A model generated the notes under the pieces. The model had not been told where the DNA came from. It worked only from the letters and a program-made list of their open reading frames with translations, and did not search any database. 64,000 bases of DNA from Callorhinchus milii (taxonomy: Eukaryota), in contig NW_024704742.1 in the NCBI RefSeq assembly GCF_018977255.1, positions 135,844,001 through 135,908,000 on the forward strand, given 5' to 3'. The position numbers and the translations under genes are program-made. This document shows, piece by piece, positions 24,421 through 36,390 of this stretch. Each line of letters starts with the position of its first letter. The first letter of the stretch is position 1.

Positions 24421-26516
24421 CAAATGCACTCGTTCCCAGTCATACAGATATCAGGCTCTGGTATCATGTGTTACTGAATACATTAGTGAGTGGTGAGAGT
24501 GGCTCAGCCACTTCATCTATGATTGCCCCCCCTACCCCCCTCAAATAGCCAGGACGGGGCAGTGAGCCTGTCAGTCAATGACACAGACTATAGAACTCCG
24601 TCAATTAACAAAATCAAGAGGATTATTTCAAATAAAACCTGGACGGTAGATTGCTTATGTCTGCAATGCTGTTGGATATTCAGACTGCAAGACAAATTCT
24701 CAAGCTGAACAAGCCCTTCAGATAACCACAGGTTGTTGAACACACACCACGATGAACGGAGAGACTTTCCTCTATTTATTGTAAAGTGGAGCAACTTTGT
24801 GAATGCAGCAGCCAATTTGCACACAGCAATGTCCCCAAAACAGCCATGAAGCGAACAATCAATTTTATTTGGAGGGGTGGGGGGGGTGGATTGTTTGCTA
24901 GGACATCGGGAGCGAGAAATCCCTTCTCATTTTTTTACTAAACAAAATCCACCCGAACAGGCAGACGACATTGGTTTAACGGCTCAGTGTTTGGGGCAAA
25001 GTCGGGTAATTGGAATTGAGGCACGGATCGACCATTGATCTAATTGAATGATGGAATAGGCTCGAGGGGCTGAACGGCCTACTCCTGTACTTATGTTCCT
25101 CATCCGAAGGACGGCACTTCCAACAATGTAGTGGTGCTCAAAGAGGTAGGTTTTATAGTGGGTCTAGAGACAGAATGGGGGTGTGGACAAGGAGTTGGAG
25201 GGGTAGAGGGAGGGAGCTCCAGAAGTTAAGTGGAACAGCTCAGAGTTCAACATATCTGACTCGTCTCATCCTTCACCCGCTGAGCCTCACTGGCTCCATA
25301 AAGTGATTTTAATGCCTTTTAATTCAATTAAACGCAAACAAAGTTGGGATGTAATAATGAGCGATTATTAGAGTGATTATGTGCGTAAGGCAGCGATCTC
25401 AAATTGCTTGCCATGTGTTCAGCCTCCCCCTCTCCCCACCTCAGGCCATTAGTCATCCATTCCTCTCAATTAACAAGCCAATTATTTGAGTGTTAATCAT
25501 TTGAGCAACTTATCGGAGAGATTCAATTCTTCCCTGACGTTTCTGTGGCTTAAAGCCAGACTCTATTGTGGATTTTACATTAGGAAGATAGCAACCTAGG
25601 AACAAGAGTAGATCATTCAGCCTCCTGAGCCTGTTCCACCATTCTATTAGATCAGGGCTGATCTGTACCTCAACTCCAATGACTTGCCTTTGCTCCATAT
25701 CCCTGGATTTCCTAACAGTAACATGCTTTTATACAGCTCCCTTTGTGATTATCCACCTCAGTCTTGAAAATGTGAATGGATCCACCATCCACAGCCTTTT
25801 GGGGGAAAGAGCCTTGGGACGTCCTCCTGACCTGAAAGGCGTTATACAAATATAATTTGCTGTTGTTGTTGAGAGTTCCAGATTTCCACTACCGTTTGGG
25901 TGAAAAACTGCCTCCTGATTTCACTCTAATTGCCCCCTTGTTCTGGGTTTTCTCACCAGAGGAAACAGTTAATCTATAGCTACTCTATCAAATCCCTTTA
26001 TTATTTTCAACACCTCAATCAGATCACCCCTCAACCCTTGCGACCACTTTACACTGGGGATCAGCTGTAAGACAGGAAGGCCCCCGGCTTAAACTGAGGT
26101 GCAGTTACACTCCCAGTTTACCCCCTTGGCTGACCGTCTGACTCCGTATCTGCACTGACCTCGGTTACAGGGACTCTGAATGACACTCACACATCCCATT
26201 ATAACACAGGATCTCAATTTATGCCCCCACAATTGCCTCATTATAAGGCAATCGGACTATATTCTGCAGCCATCAAAGTATAGTTTTGTTTTGGTTAACA
26301 TATTGACACCCAAAAACCCATCACCATGCTTGAAAATATCCAAGCCAGACAGAGTTCCGTGCATGTCATCCATTGGGGTAACTGCGGATGTTAACTAGCT
26401 AGAACCTCACCATTTGCAATTGAGAGCATTGTTAGGGCTTTGGTTCTCAGGGTTAACAGGAGCCGAGTGGGTAGAATCCCCAGGCCCCGGAGAAAATTCA
26501 ACACATTAAATGATAA

Positions 26517-26614
26517 TTATCACATGGACAGAAACCTGCGGTTAAAGGCTGTGCTTAACATCGGGTTATCACATGGACAGAAATCTGCGGTTAAAGGCTG
26601 TGCTTAACATCGGG
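26517..26614. repeat. 49-bp tandem duplication
   Basis: Two units of ttatcacatggacagaaaYctgcggttaaaggctgtgcttaacatcggg with one mismatch. Confidence 0.97.
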
Positions 26615-27131
26615 CTTACCCTCCACCGCCCCCCATCCCAGATAATGTTGTTGAGATAATGCTTTGTGCCAGAGAGTCAGTCTCAGTCTAAACTAAAACG
26701 CAGACACCCACACAATAATTCAGACACAATGCAAGGGTTTAAAGGTAATGAGAGTGTTTCAGAGGATATATGTTGACGAGCCCTTTTAGTGGGCAATTTG
26801 AGGGACAAGAGAACATGAGTCTAAGATTATAACACAGAGAGTAATTTGTGGAATCACCTTTTCTCTATTAAGGTGGTCAGAATATGGAACAAGATGCATA
26901 TTTCTTATGAAGAATTTTTTGAAGAAATATCGCAATTTAGTTTCCCCCCACACACTACAGAGAACTAAAGAATTAAATTGGAGTTGTGTCGGATGGATAG
27001 CTCCAAGTTTGAACCAGAGCTGTAACAAGATGAAAGGATATTGGGAGGGAACTGGGAAGTAGAATTGATATTTTATACAAAAAAACATTCATTTAGACAA
27101 ACGGGCAAACTGGCATTGATGTTTAGTTAGG

Positions 27132-27500
27132 TGTCAGATTGGTTCAGTCAATAGTACTCCCGTCTTCGAGTCAGAAGGTTGTGGGTTCAAAGCCCATAAG
27201 AGGAACTTCCATACAGTACTAGGCGAGCACTACATTATCAGAGGTGCCGTGGGATGAGACATTAAACCATCCCGTCTCCCTCTTCAGGTGGACGTTAAAG
27301 ATCCTATGGCACAATTGGCAAAGAGAAGGGTGACAATTGGCTGACAATTCCCCAAATAAAATCGGTCACTCACTTCATGGCTCTTTGTAGGACTTTCCTT
27401 CGCACAAATTGGCTGCCGCGTTCAGCCACAGTCACTACAAAGTGGAGCCTGTGAGATGTGCTGCTGGCGTGAAAGGCGCTATAGCAAATGCAATAATTAT
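27132..27500 (+). mobile_element. SINE family B
   Basis: Same head and body as 19131-19560. Other copies at ~1-290(-), 1500-1830(+), 6950-7347(-), 10140-10410(+), 28450-28817, 39345-39710(-) and 45378-45540(+). Confidence 0.85.
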
Positions 27501-29384
27501 TACTCTAAGAAATGAAGAGGTTGAGGGAGTTTTGTTACAGAATTAGTGGATGCTAGCTGCGGGCTGTGTAAGAATTCTGGTCTTAGTGTTGAAACTCGCT
27601 CCCCAAACTCGGTGTTTTTTAATCTTTCTTTCTATATTATATTTGGGGAATGAAACAAGGGTTTGAAGAGAAGGCGTCTTCTTAGTTGCTTATTGCTGAC
27701 AGTGTGTGATATTGCAGTGGGGCCATGAGCCTACAGATATTTGATTTCAGTGGGGGGGGATAGAGAGAGAATGATGAGGAGAGAGAGGATGGTGGGGAGA
27801 GAGAGCTTAAACTGTGGCTTATTGACAGGTGTTGTTGTATCGCCCTTTATTTTGCTCCTGACACTGATCTCTGATATACGAGGGTGGCAATTGGGAGATG
27901 CACCCACTGGAATTCCAACCAGTCTCAGCCTTGTGCGCTCATTTTGCCTTCAAGCTTAATCTCACTCACACACAATTGTGGACGATGGTGAAATCCAGTC
28001 TTAATCTGAAAGCCAGTTTTTTTCTTACAATTATTCAAAAGGACCTGACTCCCAAATACTGAGGACCCACGTGGCTCAGCAACCGGACTACCGAGCCCAC
28101 CACAGATAGCTATGACAACAGTAGCTTGCACTTTAACAGAGCTGCTCATGAACACCTTGAAGACAATAAGAGAAGCAGGAGAAAGGGCAGAAAATATAAC
28201 TGTGTTGACCAAAGAGAGGGTTTTTGAAGGCGGGAGGAGAAAGAGCTTGAGGGAAAGGGGTTTGGGGAAAAAGTTGGAGAGCGTGGAGTGGGGCACAATG
28301 GCTGATAACATGGCCACTGATGAGAGAGTGAAGAATGAGTAGTCAGAATGGCAGAGGGTATGAGTGGGAGAATAAGCTCCAGGAGATAACTAAGGGAGCC
28401 AAGGTAGGGAAAAAGGGGATTTGAATTCAGCACTAAAGGCTTTGAGTTGAGCTTATTGTCGGAGGTGCCATTCTTCAATGAGATGCTAAAGTCCTCCTCA
28501 GCCTGTTAAGGTGGACGTTAACGATCCCGCGGCGCTATTTGAAAATGTGAGAAGTTTCTCTCCGTGTCGTGGCTGATAATCCCCGCAAATAAGATTGGTG
28601 ATTCACTTCATGGCTGTTGGCAGGACATTTAACGACTGCGTTTATCTCCAAAAAAAAATCTCTTCCAAATGGACAGCACCTCCAACAATGTAGGGTTCCC
28701 CCAGCACTGCAGTGGAATGTCAGCCTGGACTATGTGAGCTCAAAGTCCTATCGCCGGGCTTGAACCCACAACCTTCTGACTCAGAAGTGAGGGCCCTGCA
28801 ACTGAGCCAGGCTGACATGTGCAGGGAGTACTTGGGGGGAGGAGGGAAGGGGGAGAAACTACAAGCAGTTGTTTTTATCCCCAAACTAAATTGTGCTGGA
28901 GTGTGCGGATTATCTTACGACTGTTGTGGTGGGTGGGGTGGGGTGGGGGGGGTTTGGGGAGAGAGAGAGAAGTTCCTTGTTTCAAGTCAGCCGGTGAAAC
29001 CCATTGCAAACGCACAAACAAACAAACAAACAAACAAATAAATAAATAAATAAACCCCTAACAAAAGCCTGGCGTGGTATTCTCGGAGGTCTCAGACGTA
29101 CGAACACATAGAATGATATGTTGCTGATTTGAACCAGGGTACTTGTGCCGGCATTTCCTTGTTTGAACTGAAGCACGTTGAGGAGAGAGCGATATGCGTG
29201 TCCTAAAAAACAGTACGCCAACACCTTCCTGTCTGTCCTGCCTCCCCCCCCCCACCCGACCCCACTTCGTGGTTCCCCCCTTCCACTCCCTCCCCTTCTT
29301 CCCTCCTCCCCCCCACCCCCCCCTCCACACACACCCCACCCTTCCCCCATGTTGGCTGGTCTCTGGCGGGCAGGTTGGTGCTGG

Positions 29385-29474
29385 TTAGAAAGCGGAGCCT
29401 GTGATGGCATTTAGTTGCTTCATGAGACCCTCCAGACTGGCCATTTGCTCACTTAGGTCATCCTGTTCGTACAC
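29385..29474 (-). CDS. DCC: DCC terminal coding exon (exon 29 equivalent), P3 motif and stop codon
   Basis: ctgtag|GTGTAC...TTCTAA; VYEQDDLSEQMASLEGLMKQLNAITGSAF*. This C-terminus is diagnostic of DCC rather than neogenin. Confidence 0.97.
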   Translation of the reverse strand: MYEQDDLSEQMASLEGLMKQLNAITGSAF

Positions 29475-29937
29475 CTACAGGAGGGAAACGGGACAGGGTT
29501 AGGGCCGAGCCGAGGTTTCAACAACTGGGAGCAGCTGTGGGGGGAAAAGGGAAGGGAGAGGAGGACAACTGACACCCACGGAAACCTGTCACCGTGCTTA
29601 AGAGCCTCCAAACCACACCCTCCCCACCTGATCTCCCAGAGTTTGAGTGTAGGTTGGCAGGGGACAAAACTTGGGGGAATTTAACTAAGCAAACCAAGCA
29701 TTTAAGTTGCCTTGGCAAGCTTTCTGTTATTTGTTCAGATAGGAGTAAGAGCGGGGGAGTGGGATTAGTTGGTAGTTCTTTCAAAGAGCTGACACATGCA
29801 CGATGGGCGGTGAGATTGTATGACTCTAAGGTAAGCAGGAAATCCTTGGACCTGAGCTGGTTCCCAGTGTGACGTGTCTTGCTTTGCCTTGCTGGGTTTC
29901 TTTGTCACAGATATGGAACTGCTTGTATTGACCTTAC

Positions 29938-30077
29938 ATTAGAATGCTCCTCTGTCCTGTGGCTCTCCTCTGTCACCTCTGGGGCTGTGGGTACGGACAC
30001 AGGAAGCAGCGGTGATCTGGCTTTGCCGGCCAATCCCAGCGAGGCTGTCTTGCCGTGACTCAGGGTAAGGTTAGAAC
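29938..30077 (-). CDS. DCC: DCC exon 28 equivalent
   Basis: ttacag|GTTCT...CTAAT|gtaagg; 140 nt; [47 protein letters not shown]. Confidence 0.95.
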
Positions 30078-30556
30078 CTGTAAATGCAGAAGGAGACCAT
30101 GAGTCAGTGACAGGTCTCCAGAGCAGTAACCGTGTGGACCAGACTCTCAATACAGCCACTCTCAGTCCCGCTCACAACAGGAAACACTTTACACGGTTAA
30201 AAGGGCATAAGGGCAGGACAAGAGCAGGAGGAGGCCATTCGACCTGTTGAGCCGGCTCTGTCATAAAGTCTACGGCAACTCTTCAATCTCAACTCCATAT
30301 CGTTTAATGTGTGTGTCTCGATCTATCTTATCTCTTTGTCTCTCTGTGTCTCTGCGACTCGTATCTCTGGCTCTGTCTCTCTCTCTCTCTCTTTCTCTCT
30401 CTCAGTTTTACCCAGAAAACACGCTTCACAGTTTAAATTGGGTTTAAGATTTGGATAAATTGGTCAGACAGGCTAATGCTGGGCAGAAGCTCAGACCTGA
30501 ACTCAGGTTAAAGGGAATGTTACACAGCAGGAAATTGTAGGGGCTAGACAGAACCT

Positions 30557-30913
30557 ATAATAATAATAATTCTTGCATTTGATATAGCGCCTTATCATGT
30601 CTTCAAAACGTCTTAAAGTGCTTCACAGAATATACTGTAAAGTAAATTGATTGTACATTTTGTGGGTGAAATGCGGCAGCCAATTGGGCGGAGCAGTGTC
30701 CTACAAACAGGCGTGGATTGAGTGATCAAATTATTATTTTAAAAGGGATTTTACGTCCGGAAAGGCAATCCGCAAATCGACCAACAACCGGATTTCTACT
30801 TACTGTAGGTAAACAAGGCGTGTGGAGCAAGAAAACTTGCCCAAGGTTTTCACCCTGCCGGGAATTGAACCCTCTCGCTTGCAAAGCGAGCGCTCTAACC
30901 ACTGAGCTACAGG
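30557..30913 (-). mobile_element. SINE family A
   Basis: Same head, body and tail organisation as 6194-6568. Confidence 0.9.
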
Positions 30914-31977
30914 CGTATCCGTTCACTCAACATTAATCTTGAACTTGTCTCTTGAATTAGTTGGAATTGATATGTTTCCAACAGATAAAATTGTCTAAGA
31001 TATTAACCTGATCGAAATTGACAATGGAATTATCGTCGTTAGTTTCATTAGTTCTATTATATTTGGCCAAATGAATGGTAAATACTGTTTTTTATTCAAT
31101 TCTGATATCATCTGGCTCCTCACCCAACTCCCCAGTTCCATTATAAATAGGGTCCAAATCATATAAAACTCTGCCGCCTGTGTCCTCACCTTTCCTCCGC
31201 ACCCCCATCACCCCAGTTCTTGCCACACTCCACTGGCACCCTGTTGCAGAATAGGTCAATTTCAAAATCCTTGCTCTTACTTTTGAGTCACTCTATGCCT
31301 TCATCTCTCCGATCTGCTCACATCCCACTCCACTACCTGCTGCCTTCGCTCAGCTGGCTCAGGTTTTCTACAACAACAACTTGAATTTATATAGCACCCC
31401 TCACGCAGGGCAGGGTCCCAGTTCGCTTCTACACGTCGCTTGTCCCCTCCGCTCCATCACTGGTGGCCATGCTTTCAGCGATTATACCCTGAAACTCTGA
31501 AACTCTCAGCCTCAATCCCTCCGTCTTGCCCCCTCTTTGCTCATCTTCAAATCGCACTTGAAGAATTTCCTCTTCGGTCGTGCCTTTGGTCAACTCCCCT
31601 CCCTCTCCAGCTCATCATCAAACTACGCCGTTACTAAGTGGTGAAGGACGCTATATCAATGGAAGTTGTGATTGACACATCGGGAGGAGATAATGTTGAT
31701 GAACTAACTCCACTCTGACTATCCTCCATCGCGGAATCCCTCTACTCGCTCCCTCCCGCAAGAACGTCTCATAATGTACCTCGTTGGCCATGCATTCCCA
31801 CACCCACCCCTCCAACAACCCCTCTTGGCTCCACCCTAACCTCAAGTGCCCCATCCAAAGCATTTTGTGATGTCCTCCAGATGTGACAGGTACTGTATAA
31901 ATCTCAGTGGTACTATATTGAAATGAAGCAAGGGGAAACATGTAGAAATGCCTCATATTAAATGACAGCAACACTGT

Positions 31978-32346
31978 AATATAAAAATCCTTGCATTTCA
32001 TATGGTGCTTTATCACATTGTTGAGACATCTTCAAAGTGCTTCACAGAATATACTGTCAAGTGAATTGAGTGTATTTTGTGGATGAAACATAGCAGACAA
32101 TTCCACACAGCAGTGTCCTACACACAGTCGTGACTAGATTGAGTGACTACATTTTTTTTTGAAGGGATTATTACTCCCGTAAAGCGATCCGCCAATCGAC
32201 TAGCAACCGGGTTCCTATTTACTGCTGGGTAAACAGAGGCGTGTGGAGTAAGGAAGCTTGCCTAAGGTTCCACCCTGCCTGGGAATCGAACTCAGGTCCT
32301 CTCGCTTGTGAGGCGAGTGCTCTAACCACTATGATACGGGACTCCA
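31978..32346 (-). mobile_element. SINE family A
   Basis: Same organisation; head anticodon loop reads ctcacaa. Confidence 0.9.
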
Positions 32347-33302
32347 TTTGCAGCCTCTGTACACAGCAGCCTCAGTGAACTCGGCTGCTTATCCCACAAA
32401 GTGGTTACAGTAAAAAATCCTAATTCCTTAAACAAGACTTGGACTGTAGTATAGCCTCTTAGATTGGCAGTAATGGCCTCTTACTGAAATGCACTCCCAT
32501 TGCTCGGCCCGTATTAATGCATTAGCTGCAGATTGTCGCTGGCTCCCACTGCTGCTCGCGCTGAGTTGATGACATTAAATGCCACCATCTGCTGTACCTT
32601 TACCAGCCAGGCACCACAGTGGGACCCCGAGCTCGAGTCCAAATCCCTGATTGTCCAGGGCATTGAGACATCCTCTCGACGTGAAAGGCGCTATACAAAT
32701 ATAAATGTAATTTATTGTTGTTGAGACCTTAATAAGTTTCAGTTGTGGAACTTCTGCGATTTGGTCTTGGTTTGGAGGCCCTTTCAATAATCATCTAATT
32801 CTTTGCATTTGTTACAGCGCCTTTCACGTTAAGAGGACGTCTCACAGGATTTTACCATAAAGTGAAGTCATTATGTATTTTGTTTGCTGCAGTTCTTCAA
32901 AGAAAACAGCATCCAAGTTACAATTGGATTGAAGAATTTTCCACAATTTCACTCAAAGGAACATAGGAACAGGAGAAGGTCATACAGCCCCTCGAGCCCG
33001 TTCCGCCATTCTATTAGATCTGTACCTCAACTCCAAATACCCACCTTGACTTCACAGGGAATTAGCACTTCCGACAATCAAGTTGTGAGGTAGTTATGCA
33101 TTAATCAAAATAGGGTGAATATTTAGTCATGGAGAGGGGTCATAGGTGTTTAGAGCCTGATAGTCTGTTGAATTTGTTAGATTGAGATATCAATCTGTTT
33201 ATCGCTCTTAAGGTGTAAAAATGTTGGTTAAGTGCTTTTGGGTTATGTTTTTTTTGTTAGATTTTGTGAGTAAATGGATTTTATGGTCCTGTTGGAGTCT
33301 TT

Positions 33303-33815
33303 TAGTCCTCTCCCGCCCCAGACTCCGTGACCCCATCACCCCCACCCTCGCCCAGCTCCGCTGGCTCCCCATCCCCCAGAGGAGAGAATTCAAAATCTTC
33401 GTCCTCACTTTCAAGGCCCTCCACGGCCTTGCCCCCTCCTACATCTCTGACCTGCTGACCCCCTATCAACCTGTCCACTCCCTCCGCTCAGTAGGCTTTG
33501 GCCTGCTCCTTGTCTCCCGTCCGACCTGCCCTACCATCGACGGCCAGGCTTTCGGCCTCTCTAACCACACCCTTTGGAATTCCATTCCACAATCTCTTCG
33601 CCTTGATCCCTCTCTTGCCTCCCTCAAGGCAAGGCTCAAGACCCTACTTTTTGACCGTGCCTTCAGCTGCCCTTCTAACTCGTCTGCCCTCCTTCATCCC
33701 AACCCTGCCCCACACACTCAGGTCCTGATCCTTGATTGTTCAGCGCTTTGGGACGTCCTCCGGACGTGAAAGGCGCTTTACAAATGTAATTTTGTTGTTG
33801 TTGTTATTGTTGTTA
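33303..33815 (+). mobile_element. L2 LINE 3' end, relatively young, with (TTG)n tail
   Basis: PITPTLAQLRWLPIPQRREFKIFVLTFKALHGLAPSYISDLL...LWNSIP...KARLKTLLF; 3' stem-loop acgtc-ctccg-gacgt followed by ttgttgttg. Confidence 0.92.
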
Positions 33816-34206
33816 GTCTGAACGACAGTTGAGTAAGCGAGTTTATGTTTTCAAACCGTCAAATTGCAAAAGATTTATTGGAGGAGATCGTGCTTAGTCA
33901 ATTAGGAGTTAAGTTTGTCAAAATACAGAGATCTGATCGGGTAAAAAAAAGTCACATGGGCATATTTGAGACATGAAAGAGATGGAGTGGACAGTTGTTG
34001 GGTTTGGAGTTTTAAATAACATTTGACTTTAATATCACTAATTATAAAAATTCTGAATTTCGGAAACTTAGAAGAGATTTGAATTTATAATATATATATT
34101 ATAAATAATCCTTGCACTTGATATTTAGGGTAAGGTTACTCCTTGGTGGTCCAAGTGCTGAGGCTCAGTAGTTAGATATCTTCTAAAGGATAAGTTATTT
34201 TGGCTT

Positions 34207-36390
34207 CATAGAATCATAGAATTGTACAGCACAAAAAGAGGCCATTCGGCCCATCGAGTCTTTGAATAGAGCAATGCAATGTCAATCCCACTCCCCGGCC
34301 CTTTCCCCATAACCTGCAAAGCTGTGCTCCTTAAATACCCGTCCACCACGTTTTTAAAAGTAGTTATCGAATCGGCCTCGACCGCCATTTCATGTGTTCC
34401 AGATTCCAACAACTCGCTGAGTGAAAAAATTTCTTCTCACGTCCCCTCGGCTTCTTTTAGAGACTATTTTGAATCTGTGACCTCGAGTTACCGACACACC
34501 CACCAGTGGAACCAGTTTTTCCCTTTCTAACCTATCAAATCCCCTCATGATTTTGAAAACCTCTATTAGGTCTCCTCGTAACCTTCTCTACTCCAATGAG
34601 AATAATCCCGGCCTCTCTCGCCTTTCCTCCTCATCATCACGATCCCTCATTCCTGGTACCATCCTCGTAAATCTCCTCTATACCCTTTCCAATGCCTTAA
34701 CATCCTTCCTATAGTGCGGTGCCCAGAACTGGGCGCAGTATTCTAACTGAGGCCTAACCAGTGTTTATATGGGTTAATCAGAACCTCCTGACTCTTGTAC
34801 TCTATGCCCCTTTTTATAAAGCCCAGTATCCCATATGCCCTTTTTACAGCTTTATCTACCTGTCCCTCCACTTTCAAGGATTCATTTACCTGCCCCCCCA
34901 GGTCTCTCTGTTCTTTCACCCCCTTTAAGATTGTATTACCAGCCTATATTACCTCCCCTCAATCTTTCTTCCAAAATGCATTACCTCGCATTTCTCCACA
35001 TTGAATTTCATCTGCCACGTGTCTGCCCATTTTACCATTCTGTCTATGTCTTCCTGCAGTTGGCTGCTATCCGTCTCACTGTTTACTATCCTACCTAACT
35101 TTGGGTTGTCCGCAAACTTGGAAATGGTACTTGCTATTCCCAAGTCCAGATCATTTATATATAAATTGTGGAGTCCTGTAGCTCAGTGGTTAGAGCACTT
35201 GCCTTGCAAGTGAGACACCTGGGTTCAATTCCAGACAGTGCGAAACCTTGGGCAAGTTTCCTTACTCCACACACCTAATAATAATCCCTCCAAAACAAAA
35301 AAACAATAATAAATTGGTCATGTCCAATCCACGACTGATATGCACAATTGGCTGCCGCATTTTGCCCACAAGTATACGGTCAATTCACTTTACAGTCTAT
35401 TCTGTGAAGTGCTTTGAGACGTCGAGAAGTCATGAAAAGCGCTATATTAAATGCAAGGATTATTATTATTATATTATTATTAAGAAGAGCAGTGGTCCCA
35501 ATACCGATCCCTGGGGGACACCACTGCACACTTCCCTCCAGTCAGAAAAGCAGCCGTTCACCACAACTCTCTGCTTTCTGTCTCCCAGACAGTTCTGGAT
35601 CCATACTGCCACTGTCCCTTTTATACCAGGGGCTTCTATTTTTCTTACAAGTCTTTTATGGGGCACTTTGGTAAATGCCTTTTGAAAGTCCATATAAACT
35701 ACATCTACTGCACTACCTTCAACCACCCTCTCCGTTACCTCATCGAAAAATTCTATTAGATTTGTTAGACAAGATTTGCCTTTAACAAATCGGTGCTGGC
35801 TGTCCCTAATTAACCCATTTTCTTCTGAGTGAAGATTTATTCTGTCCCAGATTATAGCCTCCAGGAGTCTCCCCACTACTGATGTTAGGCTGACTGGTCT
35901 GGAGTTCCCAGGTCTGTCATTCTGCTCCTTTTTGTACAAGTACATTGGCCACTTTCCAGTCCTCTGGCAGAACTCCTGTGTCCAACGAAGATTGAAAAAT
36001 TGTAGCCAAAGCCTCCGCTATTTGTACCCGTCCCTCCCATAGTAACCTTGCCTGCACCGACCGGACCGGGCGACTTATCTACCTTGAGCCCAGTCAACTT
36101 TTTCAGTACTTCCTTTCTGTTTATACTTATCCTATCCATTTCCTCTGACCCTCTCCTCCGATACTGCGGCATTTGGTGACTTCTTTTGTGAAGACAGATG
36201 CAAAGTACTCATTTAGTACATCAGCCATGCCCCCTGCCTCCACAATAAGATTTCCGCCTTGGTCTTTAATTGGCCCCACCCTACCTTTGACTAACCTTTT
36301 TTTCTTGATATGTTTGTAAAAAATTTTTAGGATTCCCTTCAATGTTACCCCCTAACCTTTTTTCGTAAAATCTTTTTGCCCCTCTTATTT
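34207..36390 (-). mobile_element. CR1 LINE, 5'-truncated (RT domain and 3' tail), interrupted by a SINE at ~35165-35480
   Basis: RPVSLTSVVGRLLE, QHRFVKGKSCLTNLIEFFDEVT, VYMDFQKAF, SGVPQGSVLGPLLF, SKFADN, WADTWQMKFNVEKC; (ATTCTATG)n tail at 34207. Confidence 0.95.
35165..35480 (+). mobile_element. SINE family A, short subfamily, nested in CR1
   Basis: Interrupts the CR1 RT between ...gtccagatcatttatat and aagaagagcagtggtccc. Confidence 0.9.

Larger units (their letters stand above)
21245..29384 (-). other. Putative long DCC 3' UTR (distal end inferred)
   Basis: Starts after the stop codon. The repeat-poor, U-rich (minus strand) block at 21245-22200 ends in AATAAA. Other minus-strand AATAAA sites exist (e.g. 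27846-27851), so the end point is uncertain. Confidence 0.45.

Noticed and set aside
33060..34200. AT-rich stretch with faint L1/Tx1-like peptide hints on the minus strand
   Set aside because: Too degenerate to support without a profile search.
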